DNA from: Mobula hypostoma
Taxonomy: Eukaryota
Reading direction: 5' to 3'
Assembly (NCBI RefSeq): GCF_963921235.1
Contig: NC_086097.1
Location: 187,552,001-187,616,000 of the forward strand
DNA length: 64,000 bases
The translations under genes and the position numbers were made by a program. This document shows, one piece after another, positions 23,904 to 36,642 of the stretch. Below the pieces are notes generated by a model. The model ran no database searches and was not told the DNA's origin. It saw only the letters and a list, made by a program, of their open reading frames with translations. Numbering within the stretch: position 1 is the first letter of the stretch; every line of letters begins with the position of its first letter.

Positions 23904-26496
23904 CATTTTGAATGACTGTTGATTAATACTATATATATTTTTTTAATCAGACTTTTGTATGTATGGTTTCCATAATTCAGGCATTCGTAACCCAAGGATG
24001 GCCTATATCCATTTGCTGTGGCAGGAAGAAGGTTTTCTTTCTTCTATAAGGTACAGTATATGGTTCCCTTTCCAGAATGGTCCAGCTAAGGTATGTGGCT
24101 AGCTACAAGTGCAAATGCCTTTCCTGAATGGAACCAGTGAAGCCTTAAAATTTTAATTGCATTTACAAATCCCATTTTTTCTCACTGAGCACAATTGCTT
24201 TGGTTTGTGGTGAATATCTGTACGGATACACAGTTTGCCAAGATCCACTTCATGGCTAATCACTGGTCCATTTTCATTGCTAGATGCATCACAGGTAAGT
24301 ACTAGCTTTTGGTTGGTGTTGTAATGATCAGAAGCGATTTGTTATGCAGGCTTTCCTGATCTATCTTGCATCATCACGCTTCATTTTTATTAAATAAAAG
24401 GTGATGTATTTGAGTTAACACTGTGACAATATCTGGTGGAAATGTTGTATTGGATCACTTCTGTTATGATTTTAACCTGTATGTGTGTAGCTTCATGTGA
24501 ATATTAACTTTCAAGTAGAGTTGTTTCTCTTCACCTATGTTAAGATCAGCATTATTATGAGACAGGTCTAGCTTAGTGAAGGTCCTTCATTTCTGCTGAT
24601 TCATGATTAAATCTTCAGACTTGGGCATACTTCTGACTTGTCATGCACCAATTCATACAGGTAAATTTAATCTATTTTGGGGTTTTCTTGGGCAAGGAGG
24701 GAGTGTACCTTAAATACACACTATCTGAAATGGACTTCTTACATCAATTATTGTTATATGAACTTCCTTTCTGTGGTTTTCTATTACAATTGTTCTTTTA
24801 CTTTTGGGATACTGCTGACTGTCTCCACTTTTTAAAGTTTCAAAGATTCAAAGTATATTTATTATCAAGTATGTATAAATTCTACAACCTTGAGATTTGT
24901 CTGCTTACAGCCACCCACAAAGCCACAACAGTTGCAACATTCTATTCAGACTTCCTTTCAGAGGTTATATCTCTTTGGTTTCTATCTTAAATGGTTCACT
25001 TGTGCCAAATGATTCCTAATGCAGTAGTTGGAGAGCTTTACATCCAGGCACTTCTATGATCTGGATTTGAACGTGAACTTCCTGCAACCGTTCCTGACGT
25101 TGATCCACATTACTTGGGCTAAGGATCCACTTGGGCTGAAACTTTGGGCCCACTAAAATAAATTGTAGTTTCAGAGGCAATATCCAAAGGGATAGTGATT
25201 TAAATATCAATTTAAATGTAAAATCTAAAGTTTTTTGGACTGGATAGGCTCATATGTTAATTCACACAAAATTGTATAACACGATAATCCACCTATGCCC
25301 TGAAATTGCAATCCCATGCCAGATTTCTTGGAATGACTATGTAATTACTGTTTTTTTTTCTGACCTCTGACTGTGGATTTAAAGCTTTTAACTTTTCATG
25401 ATGTCCGACAGTAAAATGTTTATGCTGCTTTTCTAATGGGACAAGTCATTTTCCATCAGCAACTTGGCGTCTAGCTCAATTTTTACTTATAGATTTGCCT
25501 TCCTGTGTTCACGTGTCCTTTTTCGGTACGATCTTCAACTCGATCTTTATTTCAACAATGTTATTTGCCGTGAAAAGTTTTTCTATTAATTTGATGTACG
25601 AAAGGAAAAGCTCCTGCATTTTATTGTAAACATCAAGATCTCCTGTTACTGATCTGGGAATGGACTGCCACTTCATCTGTCTTCCACTTCAGCAGTTTCT
25701 AAATTTGCCTCTTTATTCACAACAAATTTGTAGACATGCCATTTGTTTTTCTCATGCTTAGATCTGAACCTTAGCCATCACAATTTATAAAGAGTTTCAC
25801 AGAGCCAGCCCGCCAACAGAATCATTTAATCACTCAGTGCCCTTGATGAGTTTTTTTTGAAAGTGATGATTCCTTGCCAACTCATCATTTTTCTCACTAT
25901 AAATTATGAGTGCATAGTGAATCCTTTATCTTTGACAAATACATAGATTCCGCAGAACCTCAGGAATGCGTGGTTAATTCAAGGGGTCTTCACAAGCTCA
26001 CTCTAGAATTTGCCGCAATCATTACTGCAACCTGAAAAACAGCTAGTCACATAATGTATTCCTGAAAATTCGGCCTTCATGTAACAATTATAGTTCACAA
26101 TCAATACTATACTTACTACACACAGGCAGCAATTTTGGGTGATCTCAGGATCATACGTGTCGGAATGAGGGTAGCAAGCTAGGATTTGTGTTGGAAATAT
26201 CAAGTACAGAGACAGCAAAGACTGGATGAGGGCTTTAACAGCACAAGAGCTGATGCAATGGTGAAGTTGGGGTTGTAGATGCTTGAGATTTCTTCTCCTC
26301 TATTACTAAGTATTGATCAAGTAACCTAATAATTTAGCAATAATGGAAGGGTTAAGAGATTAACTAATGGTGTAACGTTGAACTTCATCAGTTTACATAT
26401 GGAAACTATGGCATTGGGCTTGGGTAATGTTGAAGAGGAACAGCAAGTAGATGAACAGGCTGTGATATTTCCTTGGAGGTCTACAGATGAAAATGT

Positions 26497-27696
26497 GTAA
26501 GCATATAAAGAACAGTTAATCTCTATGAAAATTTAGATCAAAATGGGATCATATATTTCTGTTGGGCTGCTTAATGACTGTACGTTTGGGCAAGGATTCT
26601 CAGATTCTGGCTTCCATGATTTCCTTCCATTATTAGTCTAGAGACACAGGCAAAGATTCCATATTCCACAAAAGAACCAGTTATCAGAAGATTGATGCTG
26701 ATAAGAGGACAATGGGGGAACATGCAAGATGGTAATAAGAGAGAGACGAGAGAGATTACCGAAAGGAGACACGGTTCCGAGTATTGTCAGAGACCGGTGG
26801 CTTTGAACCCTGAACTGTTTGAAGTTTGATGGACAGGCGATACCCCAGCAGGGGGATAAAAAGGGACAGGTTCGCTAAGGCAACGTACACACGACACCAC
26901 AAGGTAACAAGACCCTGGAAGTGGTGTGCCCCCACAAGTTGGTGGGAGTTTTTGAAGGTCTGGTCGTGGGACCAGCCATAGACGCACAGGGTGGAAAGAT
27001 ACGGTCGGGCGGGAACCTGGTGTGTGTGTCCCCCCTTGCCTGGGTGCCGGGTTCACCGCATAAGAACGATCGTATCTGGAACGGAGGGGTCACAGTCGGT
27101 GACCTCAGAAGACATTACAAAGGACTCGCCCGAAAGCTAACTGTGAGGAATATCGAAGGTCTGTGTGGAATCCGTTTTGAATATTCATTCGCTTTCTCTC
27201 TCTCTCTTCTCCCCGCCCCAACAGCACAACAGCGATTACTGTGAACTGAACTGAACTCAATTGAACTGAACTTTGCGTCACTTGAAACTGATCATTTACC
27301 CCTAGACTGCGATAGAGCTTGATTGATCCTATTATCCTAGTTCTGTGTACATGTGTGTTTTATCATTGCTAAACTGTTGCATTTATATCCTTTTGATTAG
27401 AGTACTATGTTGCTTATTTCTTTAATAAAACTTTCTTAGTTCCAGTAATCCAGACTCCAACTAAGTGGTCCATTTCTGCTGGTTTGGCAACCCAGTTACC
27501 GGGTACGTAACAGTAAGCATATAAAGAACAGTTAATCTCTATGAAAATTTAGATCAAAATGGGATCATATATTTCTGTTGGGCTGCTTAATGACTGTACG
27601 TTTGGGCAAGGATTCTCAGCAAGGATTCTCAGATTCTGGCTTCCATGATTTCCTTCCATTATTAGTCTAGAGACACAGTCAAAGATTCCATATTCC
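26497..27696. repeat. Direct duplication of 171 bp (26497-26667 and 27513-27696) flanking a truncated LTR
   Basis: Copies identical except one substitution (cacagGc/cacagTc) and a 13-bp tandem duplication (caaggattctcag) in copy 2. Confidence 0.95.
26668..27512 (+). mobile_element. Young LTR lacking its 5' end
   Basis: Ends ...gggtacGTAACA like the LTR end at 17200; TATA-like gataaaaa ~26855; (GAACT)n ~27244-27272; AATAAA ~27424; CpG-rich; no TGTTAC at the left end. Confidence 0.85.
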
Positions 27697-28620
27697 TGAA
27701 ATGTGGAATCCTCCCAGTGTCAAAGATAAGCTCCTTTACTTTGCTGATATTGAGGGAAAGGTTGTGCTCTTGGCACAATGTCACTGGGATCTCTATCTTC
27801 TTCCTGTACTCTGTCTCACCATTTGAAATCCATCCCACTATAGTTGTATTATCTGCAAACCTATACAGGAAGTTGAAGCAGAACCTGGCCACACAGATGT
27901 GAGTGTATAGGCTGGATAAATAGGTTGAAGGTGGAACTTCACATGGCACTAGTGTTGAGGGCAATCATGAAGGATGTGTTGTTGCCTTTCTTTACTGATT
28001 ACATCAGGAAGTCAAGCATGTTGTGTGTAGGACCAGGAAAATGGCATCTGCCACAGGCCTTTTTCAGTGGTAAGGTAGACAAATTGCAGTGAGTTGAGGT
28101 TTTCTGGGAGGCTGGAGTTGATGTGTGCTATGACCAGCGTCTTGGAGCTCTTTGTGATAATGGATATCAAAACCATTGGGCATATTAATGGTATGTTACT
28201 TTATTTTTATTCATTACTGTACTGGAATGACCGTGGTCTTGTTGAAGAGATTAAGAGCCTTGGATTGGAGGATGAAGAGCTTACAGATATTTGTGAATAC
28301 TTGCACGCATGATTTGAGGACATGGCTGGGGACTCTATCCAAGCCAGCTACTTTCCACAGACTCCCCCTCTGGAAGGCCAATATGATGTCTGCGATGGTG
28401 ACCATGGGTACAAATGCATTAAAGTTTGTCAGAGCAGATGGCTTCATTTCACTGACTTTCTGTTTGAAATGAGCATTGAGCTTATTGAGAAGTGATGTGT
28501 TGCCAGTGATGCTGCCAACATTGCCTGTTGTCCACAGTAGGATTAAGATAAATGAGTTTTGACAGTGAGTTCAAGGGTTGTTTCAGTGTTGTTTACTATG
28601 AGTCTATTTGCTTTCTTTTT
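27697..28620 (-). mobile_element. Rex1/Babar LINE RT fragment
   Basis: LYRFADNTTIVGWISNGETEYRKKI...NLSLNISKVKELIFD; KVAGLDRVPSHVLKSC...VFTNICKL. Confidence 0.85.
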
Positions 28621-29059
28621 TTTCATTTTTAAATCTTTTTTATTAATTATTATTGAAAATAAACAACAAAGAAAAATACATCAAGATAAATCAAGACAAC
28701 ATATCCATATGTAGAATAAGAGTTAAACTATCAACCAAACTGAGCAGTTTATCAATAATAATAAACATGCTTTCTTACCTATTTTGTAGGTACCCTACTT
28801 GTAGGCTGAAAAATTCAAGGTCACCATGTTATTCCATCAGAACTCAGGTCCCTAGACCAGGATTTAGGGCTGTGGTCCTTTCTGTTCAATGCCACTGATA
28901 CTTGAATAGCTTTTTAAACTCTTACAGTCCAGAATTAGATATAAAAGTCAAAGCGAATAAGTTTCAACCCTTTTTGGGTAATTGTGAAGGAAGTAAATTT
29001 TTATCAAGTGAGATTCCAAACCAAATGTGTTTTCAGTGTTGGTTTTAAAGTGAGTCCTA

Positions 29060-30240
29060 TTCTCATAGCCACATTATTTATGTTTGTGGTACTTTAGTGT
29101 TTTTGATAAATGGTGAACTCCCCGAATGGTGACGTAGGGATTTGTAATGATAATGCCGTTGGAGATTAAGAGCAAGTCTTTCTGTTGTTGGACATGGCCA
29201 ATCCCTGACATATTTGAGATACAAATGTTACCTGCCACTTACAGTATCAGCCCAAGCATGACAGTTGTTTCAAGTCATGCTGCATAAAGGCACAAGCAAC
29301 TTCATTTGTTGAGTAGTGAATAGAATTAAACATGACTCAATTATCAGCATAATCCTCACTTATGAGCTTATGAAGGAAGTAAGGTCACTGATGAAGTAAC
29401 TGAATATGCTTGAGCCAGCAACTCCTATAATGATGTCTTTGACTTGGAAAATTGACCTCTGATAACTATGGTCATCTTCCTTTGTGAAAGATATGATCCC
29501 AACACACACCTGATACCTATCAAATCCTATATTCTAATGAGGCCTTGATATGACTATTGGTCAAATGATGTAAATGGCAGTCATTTTTACCTGTTGAACT
29601 TATCTTTTTGGTCCATGTTTGAATCAAGGCAATGAAGAAGTTTAGAGGTGTGGAGCAGAGAAGTCCTGACAAAACCTAGGCATCCCGTAAGTAGGCTATT
29701 GGTAACATTGTTGGCAACTGTTTTCATTACTTTTTGATGACTTAGAGTAGAATAAATAGTAATTAGTCAGGTTAGATATCTCCTGCTTTTTTTGTAAACT
29801 GTATGAATTTGAATGAACTTTACCATGTTGTGAGTAAATGCCAATATTGCAGCTGCACTAGTACAGTTTATTTAAAACCATTGTTATTGTAGTGTACTGT
29901 AGGTCTCCACAACAGCAGCTGGGATGCCCTCTTGTCCCATAGCTTTTGAAGTATTCAATGTTGTTACTTATATTTCATGGAGAATCAAAATGGTTGAAAA
30001 CTGGTTTCTGTGATGGTATAATCTCAGGAGGAAGTTACAACAGGTTATCCATTCACTGAACATGGTTTTGAGGTATTTTTTCAGTCTGTTAGCAATTTCC
30101 TCCTGTTCTTCACAATCATTTTAAATTAGCAGCGGCAGGATTGCCAGCCTTCAAACTAATCCTTGGTTTTGGTATTTCTTAGTTGTGTCTATGGTGTGAT
30201 CTTCTTGACGTTCAATATAGGCAACTCTCATGTTATGGCC
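29060..30240 (-). mobile_element. Old CR1-clade LINE RT remnant
   Basis: Reverse of aaatgttacctgccactt = KWQVTF; reverse of aaggaagtaaggtcactgatgaag resembles FINDLPS. Confidence 0.55.
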
Positions 30241-31544
30241 AATTGATTTACAAAAATTCATCCTTACAGAATTCATAAATCAATACTCAAAAAAAATTAA
30301 GTTACAAAATAGCAGTCACTCTCATGGAATTTATGTGAAGCATAATAAATAAATATCAAAATGTGTTTCTTGACATGTGCAGACATCTGTGCAGGTAGGC
30401 GAGTGTGCATTAAAAAACAAATGCCTCATGGGAGATTTGGCATTTGAAAGGCAGCCAATCAGAGATCAAGAGCAAGAGAAGAGGTACCTCACACAGGTTG
30501 GTGAATGTACATTACAAAGCAGTGTTTCTCAGAAGTTTTGACATTTGAACAGCAGCCAGTCAGAGATTGGAATTAATTAGCAAGGGCAAATAAAGATAAG
30601 GCAGGGGCAAGTGGCAATTGTTGGAGTGGATAGTGTTAGATTGAAGATTTGAGCCTTTAGCATTTCAAGGTTTCAGCAAGGAAAAGCTTGAATGACAGAA
30701 GGCGAAAAGCTGTTGGTAGATTTTTTCTCAGTTTATTTAGTTATTGTTTCCTTTTTTATAATTGCATAGTTAGAGCAGTAGGAATGTCAGGCAAGGTAGT
30801 TGAATGCTCTTCTGACAGGATGTGGGAAGGCAGGGAGCCCTCCACTATCCCTGACAACTTCATCTGCAAGAAATGCGTTCAGCTGCAGCTTCGAACACTC
30901 CACAGTTGGAGCTGAAATGGAGCAACATCTGGACCATTCAAGAGGCTGGGGGGGTTATTGGTGATGGGTCATATGGAGAGGTACAAGAAACAAGGAGCAG
31001 GACACAGGAAACTGGGTGACATTCAGAGGGTGAAAGGGGTTAGGCAGCCAGTGCAGAGTACTCCTGTGGCCATCTCCCCATCTCCTCAACAATACATATG
31101 CCACTTTGGATACTGTTTTTTTTTGGGGGGGGTGACCTAGCAATGGAAGGTCACAGCAGTCCAATTTCTGGCACTAAGTCTAACTCTGTAGCTCAGAAGG
31201 GAAGAGAGGGGGGTGAAGAGGTGAGCTATTGTGACAGGGTATTTTTTAGTTAGAGGAACAGAAATGAGGTTCTGTGAATGACAATGAGATTGCCAGATGG
31301 TATTATGCCTCCTGGGTGCCAAGGTCCAGGACATCTTGGATCAAGTCCTCAGCATTCTTAAATGGGAGGGTGAGCAGCCAGAGGCTGTGGCCCCTATAGG
31401 TGCCAATGATATAGGTAGGAAGAGGGACAAAGTTCGGCAAAGTGAGTTCAGCGAGTTTGATGTCAAGTTGAAAGACAACAGGACCTCCAGGGCTGTGATC
31501 TGAGTATTGCTACCCATGCCACATGGTAGTGAGGCTTGTGTGGA

Positions 31545-33972
31545 AGGCACTTGCAGTGTTCCTGATGTTGTAGTGTGTGAAGGGAGAGAAGTGGGTGCAG
31601 TTACTATTTAAAGAGAGAAGGTGCTCAAAAAGTTGTAAGACCTAAAGGTACATAAGTCACCCAGACCAGATAAACAGCACCCTAAGATTGTGAAAGAGGT
31701 AGCATTAGAGATTGTGGTGGCATTTTAAAGGATCTTTCAAAAATCATTGGACTCTGGCATGGTGATAGAGGACTGGAAAATTGCAAATGTCACTCCACTC
31801 TTTAAAAAAAAAGACGAAGGCAGCAGAAAGGAAATTATAGACCTCGGTGGTTGGGAAGATGTTAGAGTCGATTGTTAAGGATGAGGTGATGGAGTACTTG
31901 GTGACACAGGACGAGATAGTACACAGTCAGCATGGTTTCCTTCAGAGAAAATCCTGCCCAACGAACCTGTTGGAATTCTTTGACGAGATTATAAGTAGGA
32001 TAGATAAAAGGGGTGTAGTGGATGTTGTATATTTGGACTTTCAGACGACCTTTGACAAGGTGCCACATATTAAGAGCCCATGGTATTACAGAAAAGTTAC
32101 TAACATGGTTAGAGTATTGGCTAATTGGTAGGAGGCAGCAAGTGGGAATAAAAGGATCCTTTTCTGGTTCACTGCCAGTGACTATAGTGGTGTTCTGCAG
32201 GCGTTGGTGTTGGGACCACTTCTTTTTATGCTGTATATAAATGATTTAGATGATGGAATAGATGGCTTTGTTGCCAAGTTTGCAGATGGTACAAAGATTG
32301 GTGGAGGGGCCGGTAGTGTTGAGGAAACAGATAGGATGCAGAAGGATTTAGACAGATTAGGAGATTGAGCAGGAAAGTGGCAAATGAAATACAATGTTGG
32401 AAAATGCTTGCTCATGCATTTTGGTAGTAGAAATATATGTGCGGACTATTTCCTAAATAGGGAGAAAATCCAAAAATCTGAGATGCAAAGGGACTTGGGA
32501 GTCCTTATGCAGAACACCCCTGTAACTGCACCAGTCCAATGAAATAATGGCCACACAACCTACAGATGTCCTTGAAGATTTATTTTTATTTCTCTCTCTC
32601 TCTCTCTCTCTCTTCAGCATACACCATGAAAACTACAAGAAAATAAAAGACATAAAGGGTTGAAACATACATCTCTCAGTCTTCTAAAGTCTCTCAAGCT
32701 GGTGTCCGCCAATAAACAGGCCCAACACATCAGCACAACAGAAATGTGCTGAAATCAAATAAAATCACTGAAAACATATCACACTGTCCATGTAAAGGCA
32801 CATCAACAAGATTATACACAATATAAAACAAATAAAAAACAATTACCCTGTGCGCCTCTTGGACCACATGCAGAATAAGGCTATTTTAGGGCCATATGTC
32901 TCTCTCTGCCTCCATGTTGGTTCTAACCCATAATGCCACAGTCATGCTCTTAGTAAACTCTGGTCATGTGACCTGTTGCACTCTGATCATCTGACCCGTT
33001 GCACTCTACATTAAATAAACCTTACATAAAGAGCACAAAATTCTTAATTAAACAATATTTCAAGGCGATATCTTTTAAACAAATTTTTTATCAATGTTAC
33101 CGTTTCAACATCTTATTTATTACATTTTTAATCTTTTTTTACGACTATGAACTCAAATAATCATGAGTTTATGATAGAAACATATAAAATAAACATCTCA
33201 ATGAAACATGTCTCTGAGACAGTTACAACCCCAAAGGTTAACTTGCAGGTCGAGTTGGTGGTGAGGAAGGCAAATTGCCATGTCAGCATTCATTTAAAGA
33301 GGTCCAGAATACAAGAGCAAGGATGTGGTACTGAGGCTTTATAAGGCACAGGTGAGGCCTCACCCTGAGTATATTTGTGATCAGTTTTGGGCTCCTCATC
33401 TTAGATGTGTTGTGCTGGCATTGGAGCGGATCCAGAGGAGGTTCACAAGGATGATTCCAGGAATGAAAGGGTTATCATACAAGGAATGTGTGATGGCTCT
33501 GGGTCTGTACTCACTGGAATTAAGAAGGATGAGGGGGTATCTCATTGAAACCTTTCAAATGTTGAAAGGCCTAGACAGAGTAGGTGTGGAAAGGATGTTT
33601 CCCATGGTGAGAGAGTCTAGGACAAGAGGGCACAGTCTCAGGATAGAGGGGCACCCTTTCAAAATAGAGATGCAGAAAAATTTCTTTAGCCAAAGGGTGG
33701 TGAATTTATGGAATTTATTGCATCATGCAGCTGTGGAGGCCAGGTTGTTGGGTATACTTAAGGCAGGGATTGATAGGTTCTTGACTGGACATAGCAACAA
33801 AGATTATGGGGAGAAGGCCAGGAACTGGGGTTGAGGAGGAGGGAAAAAAGGATCAGCCATGATCGAATGGTGGAGCAGATTCAATGGGCCAGTTTAACCA
33901 AGGTGATTGAAATGGTAGAGTGGACTCGATGGACTGAATGGCCTAATTCTGCTCCTATGTATTATGGCCTTA
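31545..33972 (+). mobile_element. CR1 LINE, 5'-truncated, nested in the CR1 above
   Basis: VGKMLESIVKD...QHGFLQRKSCPTNLLEFFD...VYLDFQTTFDKVPH; LERIQRRFTRMIPGMKGLSY...FFSQRVVNLWN; tail cctatgtattatggccttat. Confidence 0.9.
32521..33227. mobile_element. Solo LTR (707 bp), 5-bp TSD ACCCC
   Basis: Perfect 8-bp inverted termini TGTAACTG...CAGTTACA; ACCCC at 32516-32520 and 33228-33232; CR1 reading continues across it. Confidence 0.93.
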
Positions 33973-36499
33973 TAATCGAAAAGGAAAAATCATACAGTTT
34001 ATAAGGTGGCTGAGCAGTTGGTGCAGGAGGAAGGGCTTCAGGTTTCTGCATCATGGGAAGATGTGCTAGTGCAGCACAGTGACTGGGGGTAGTGTTTAAA
34101 CTAGAGATGTAGGGTGCTGGGCACCCGTGCCAGATCAGGTAGTGGAGTGTTGTAGAAAGGTCGAGCACGGTGTGATTAATGTTCTGAGTATATTTCAATG
34201 CGACAAGTATTGTAGGAAAGGCAGATGAACTCAGGGCATGGATTAACACATGGACTTATGATATTGCAGCCACTAGTGAGGCTTGGTTGCAGGAGGGGCA
34301 GGACTGGCAGCTCAGTATCCCGGGATTTGTTATTTTAGATGTGATAGAGGGATTAAAGAGGAAGGGTTGGTGTTACTAGTCAGGAAAATGTCACAGTAGT
34401 TCTCAGTCAGGATAGACTGGAGAACTCATCTAGTGAGGCTTTATGGCTGGAACTGATGAATAAGAAAGGCAGAACCACTTTATGGAGCTATATTATAGTC
34501 CACCCAACAGTCCATAGGGCTTTGAGGAACAAATTTGTAGAGAGATTGCATGCTGTTGCAAGAAACATAAGGTTGTAATAATAGGTGATTTTCACAAATT
34601 GATTGGGGCACTCATATTGTCGTGGACAATGAGGAAGACTATCAAAGCTTGCACCAGGATCTTGTCCAGATGGAAAAATGGGCTGAAAAATGCTAGCTGG
34701 AATTTAATGCAGACAAGTATGAGGTGTTGCACTTTGGATGAACCAACTAGTGAAGGTCTTTCACAGTGAGTGGCAGGGAACTGAGGAGTACAGCAGAAGA
34801 AAAGCATCTGGGAATACAGATCCATAATTCACTGAAATTGGTGGCACAGGTAGATAGGATTGTAAAGATAGCTTTTGGTATATTGGCTTTCACAGATCAA
34901 GCTATTGAGTACAGGAATTGAAATGTTATGTTTAAGTTGTATAAGACATTAGTGACACCTAATTTGGAGTATTGTGTGCAGTTTGGTCACCTGCGTACAG
35001 GAAAGATGCAAATAAAATTGAAAGAGTAAAGTGAAAATTCACAAGGTTGTTGCTAGAAATGGAGGACCTAGTTTTAAGGAAAGATTGATTGGTTTAGAAC
35101 TTTATTCCCCAGAACGTAAAAGAATGAGGGGTGATTTGACAGAGTAAACAAAATTATGAGAGGTATAGATCAGATAAATATAAGCAGGCTTTTTCCACTG
35201 ATGTTGGGTGGGACTACAAGTAGAGGCCATGGGTTAAGGGTGAAAAGTGAAATGTTTAAAGGAAACCCGAGGGGAAGCCTCTTCACTAAATGTTTGGTGG
35301 AAGTGTGGAATGACTGCTAGTGCAAGTACAAGATGTAAATTTGATTTCAACATTTAAGAGAAGTTTGGATAGGTACATGGATGGGAGGGGTATGGAGAGC
35401 TATCGTCCCGGTGCACGTCAATGGGACTAGGCTCATTAAATGGTTCAGCATTGTCTAGATGGACTGAAGGCCCTGTCCTGTGCTGAAGTTTTCTTTGACT
35501 CTGTGACTCTATAACATGGCTTCACTGTTGGCCAAAAAGAAATAAAGAACTGTAAAACAGAAATGGCAGGCTTGTGACCTAAAGTAATCTGAGCTCAGTG
35601 TTTGGCTGTCCTGGCTAAACTGGATTGAACTGATCTGATTCAGAGAGGACAAAGAAAGTAACATGAGGCACAAGTCTGGTGGAAGAGCAATGAAGTAATA
35701 CTGCTTGTAGCCTTAGGCTGATCCAGTAAGAAGCTGATACAGATAAGCCTGAGCCAGCAAAATCAGAACACAACACTTCAATCTGGTAAGAGGATAAAAA
35801 TTGAGAATTTCAGAAGTAGAAGCGGTGAAAATTCTGAAGATCAACCATTGTGAAAGCAGATGAATTCACATCGAAAACATAGGGATTCTGTTGTTATCTG
35901 GAGGAATGTCTGGTCACTCCAAATTCCTGGGTGTTACCTTTCGTATTTTTTGACTATTCAGGTAGGATCAGAGAAATCTAGTAGGTGTGTGCACAGATAT
36001 TTCATTTTGCGTGTTTAGGGTCATAGAGTCGTAGAAAAGTACAGACAGAAAACAGTTCGTTTGTAACTGGACCGGTAAATGTAACTGTTGATCCTCTTGG
36101 TGCTTAGTCAATTATTGTTGTTGTAACGGCACTTTTCCGAAAATTACAATGCAGGCTATTTCTTTAGGATGGCAGTCTCACTCATAATACAGTGATCATC
36201 TATACTTCTGCAGTCCTGTGCTGCAGCCGTAACAGGGTGATACTGTGTCACTTCCAGAAATTCCCATTTTAATAAAAAACTGGCTGAGAGATGTATGCAC
36301 ATTACTTTTATATGTGTCACATGCAGGACTTAATATATATTTATGCTGGGACTAAGTAAACAAATAAAATTCAAGTTGTACATTTCTGTATAGCAATTCC
36401 CAAATCAAAAGACATATATGTACTTAAGTTAAAAAATGTGAATCTAGATGGGAGTAGAAAAGGTAATTTTCTTCTCATGCCTCTAGTTTTGAAATGAGT

Positions 36500-36642
36500 C
36501 CATCATATTCAAAAGTATGAATGTTTTACAGTATATGGAGGAATTTAAGGTGGGGGCTTATTTCGGAGGCAGGGTTTGAGGGTCAGCACAACACCGTGGG
36601 CCGAAGGGCCTGTACTGTGCTGTACTATTCTATGTTCTATGT
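36500..36642 (+). mobile_element. CR1 3' UTR/tail fragment
   Basis: gtgggccgaagggcctgtactgtgctgtactattctatgttctatgtt. Confidence 0.75.

Larger units (their letters stand above)
23080..25720 (-). mobile_element. Ancient Ty3/Gypsy LTR retrotransposon internal region (gag-RT-RNaseH-integrase), heavily decayed
   Basis: Hand translation of minus strand: gag GDLDVYNKMQELFLSYIKLIEKLFTANNIVE (~25645-25550); RT FTKLDLSH...EEKQLYLKVNIH (~24580-24495); RNase H HYNTNQKLVLTCDASSNENGPVISH (~24325-24250); integrase EEVISDNG, LYHPPSNGEV, LLNYRMTLHSTIGYSP (~23615-23165); Gypsy domain order. Confidence 0.85.
30390..35510 (+). mobile_element. CR1 LINE with 5'UTR and ORF1 (zinc finger + esterase), internally deleted ORF2; hosts a second CR1
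   Basis: MSGKVVECSSDRMWE...FICKKCVQLQL at ~30784; MVLCLLGAKVQDI...GEQPEAVAPIGANDIGRK; endonuclease start YFNATSIVGKADELRAWI ~34190; tail gactctgtgactcta ~35497-35511. Confidence 0.85.

Noticed and set aside
33325..33834. 169-aa ORF as a functional protein
   Set aside because: C-terminal piece of a truncated, LTR-interrupted CR1 ORF2.
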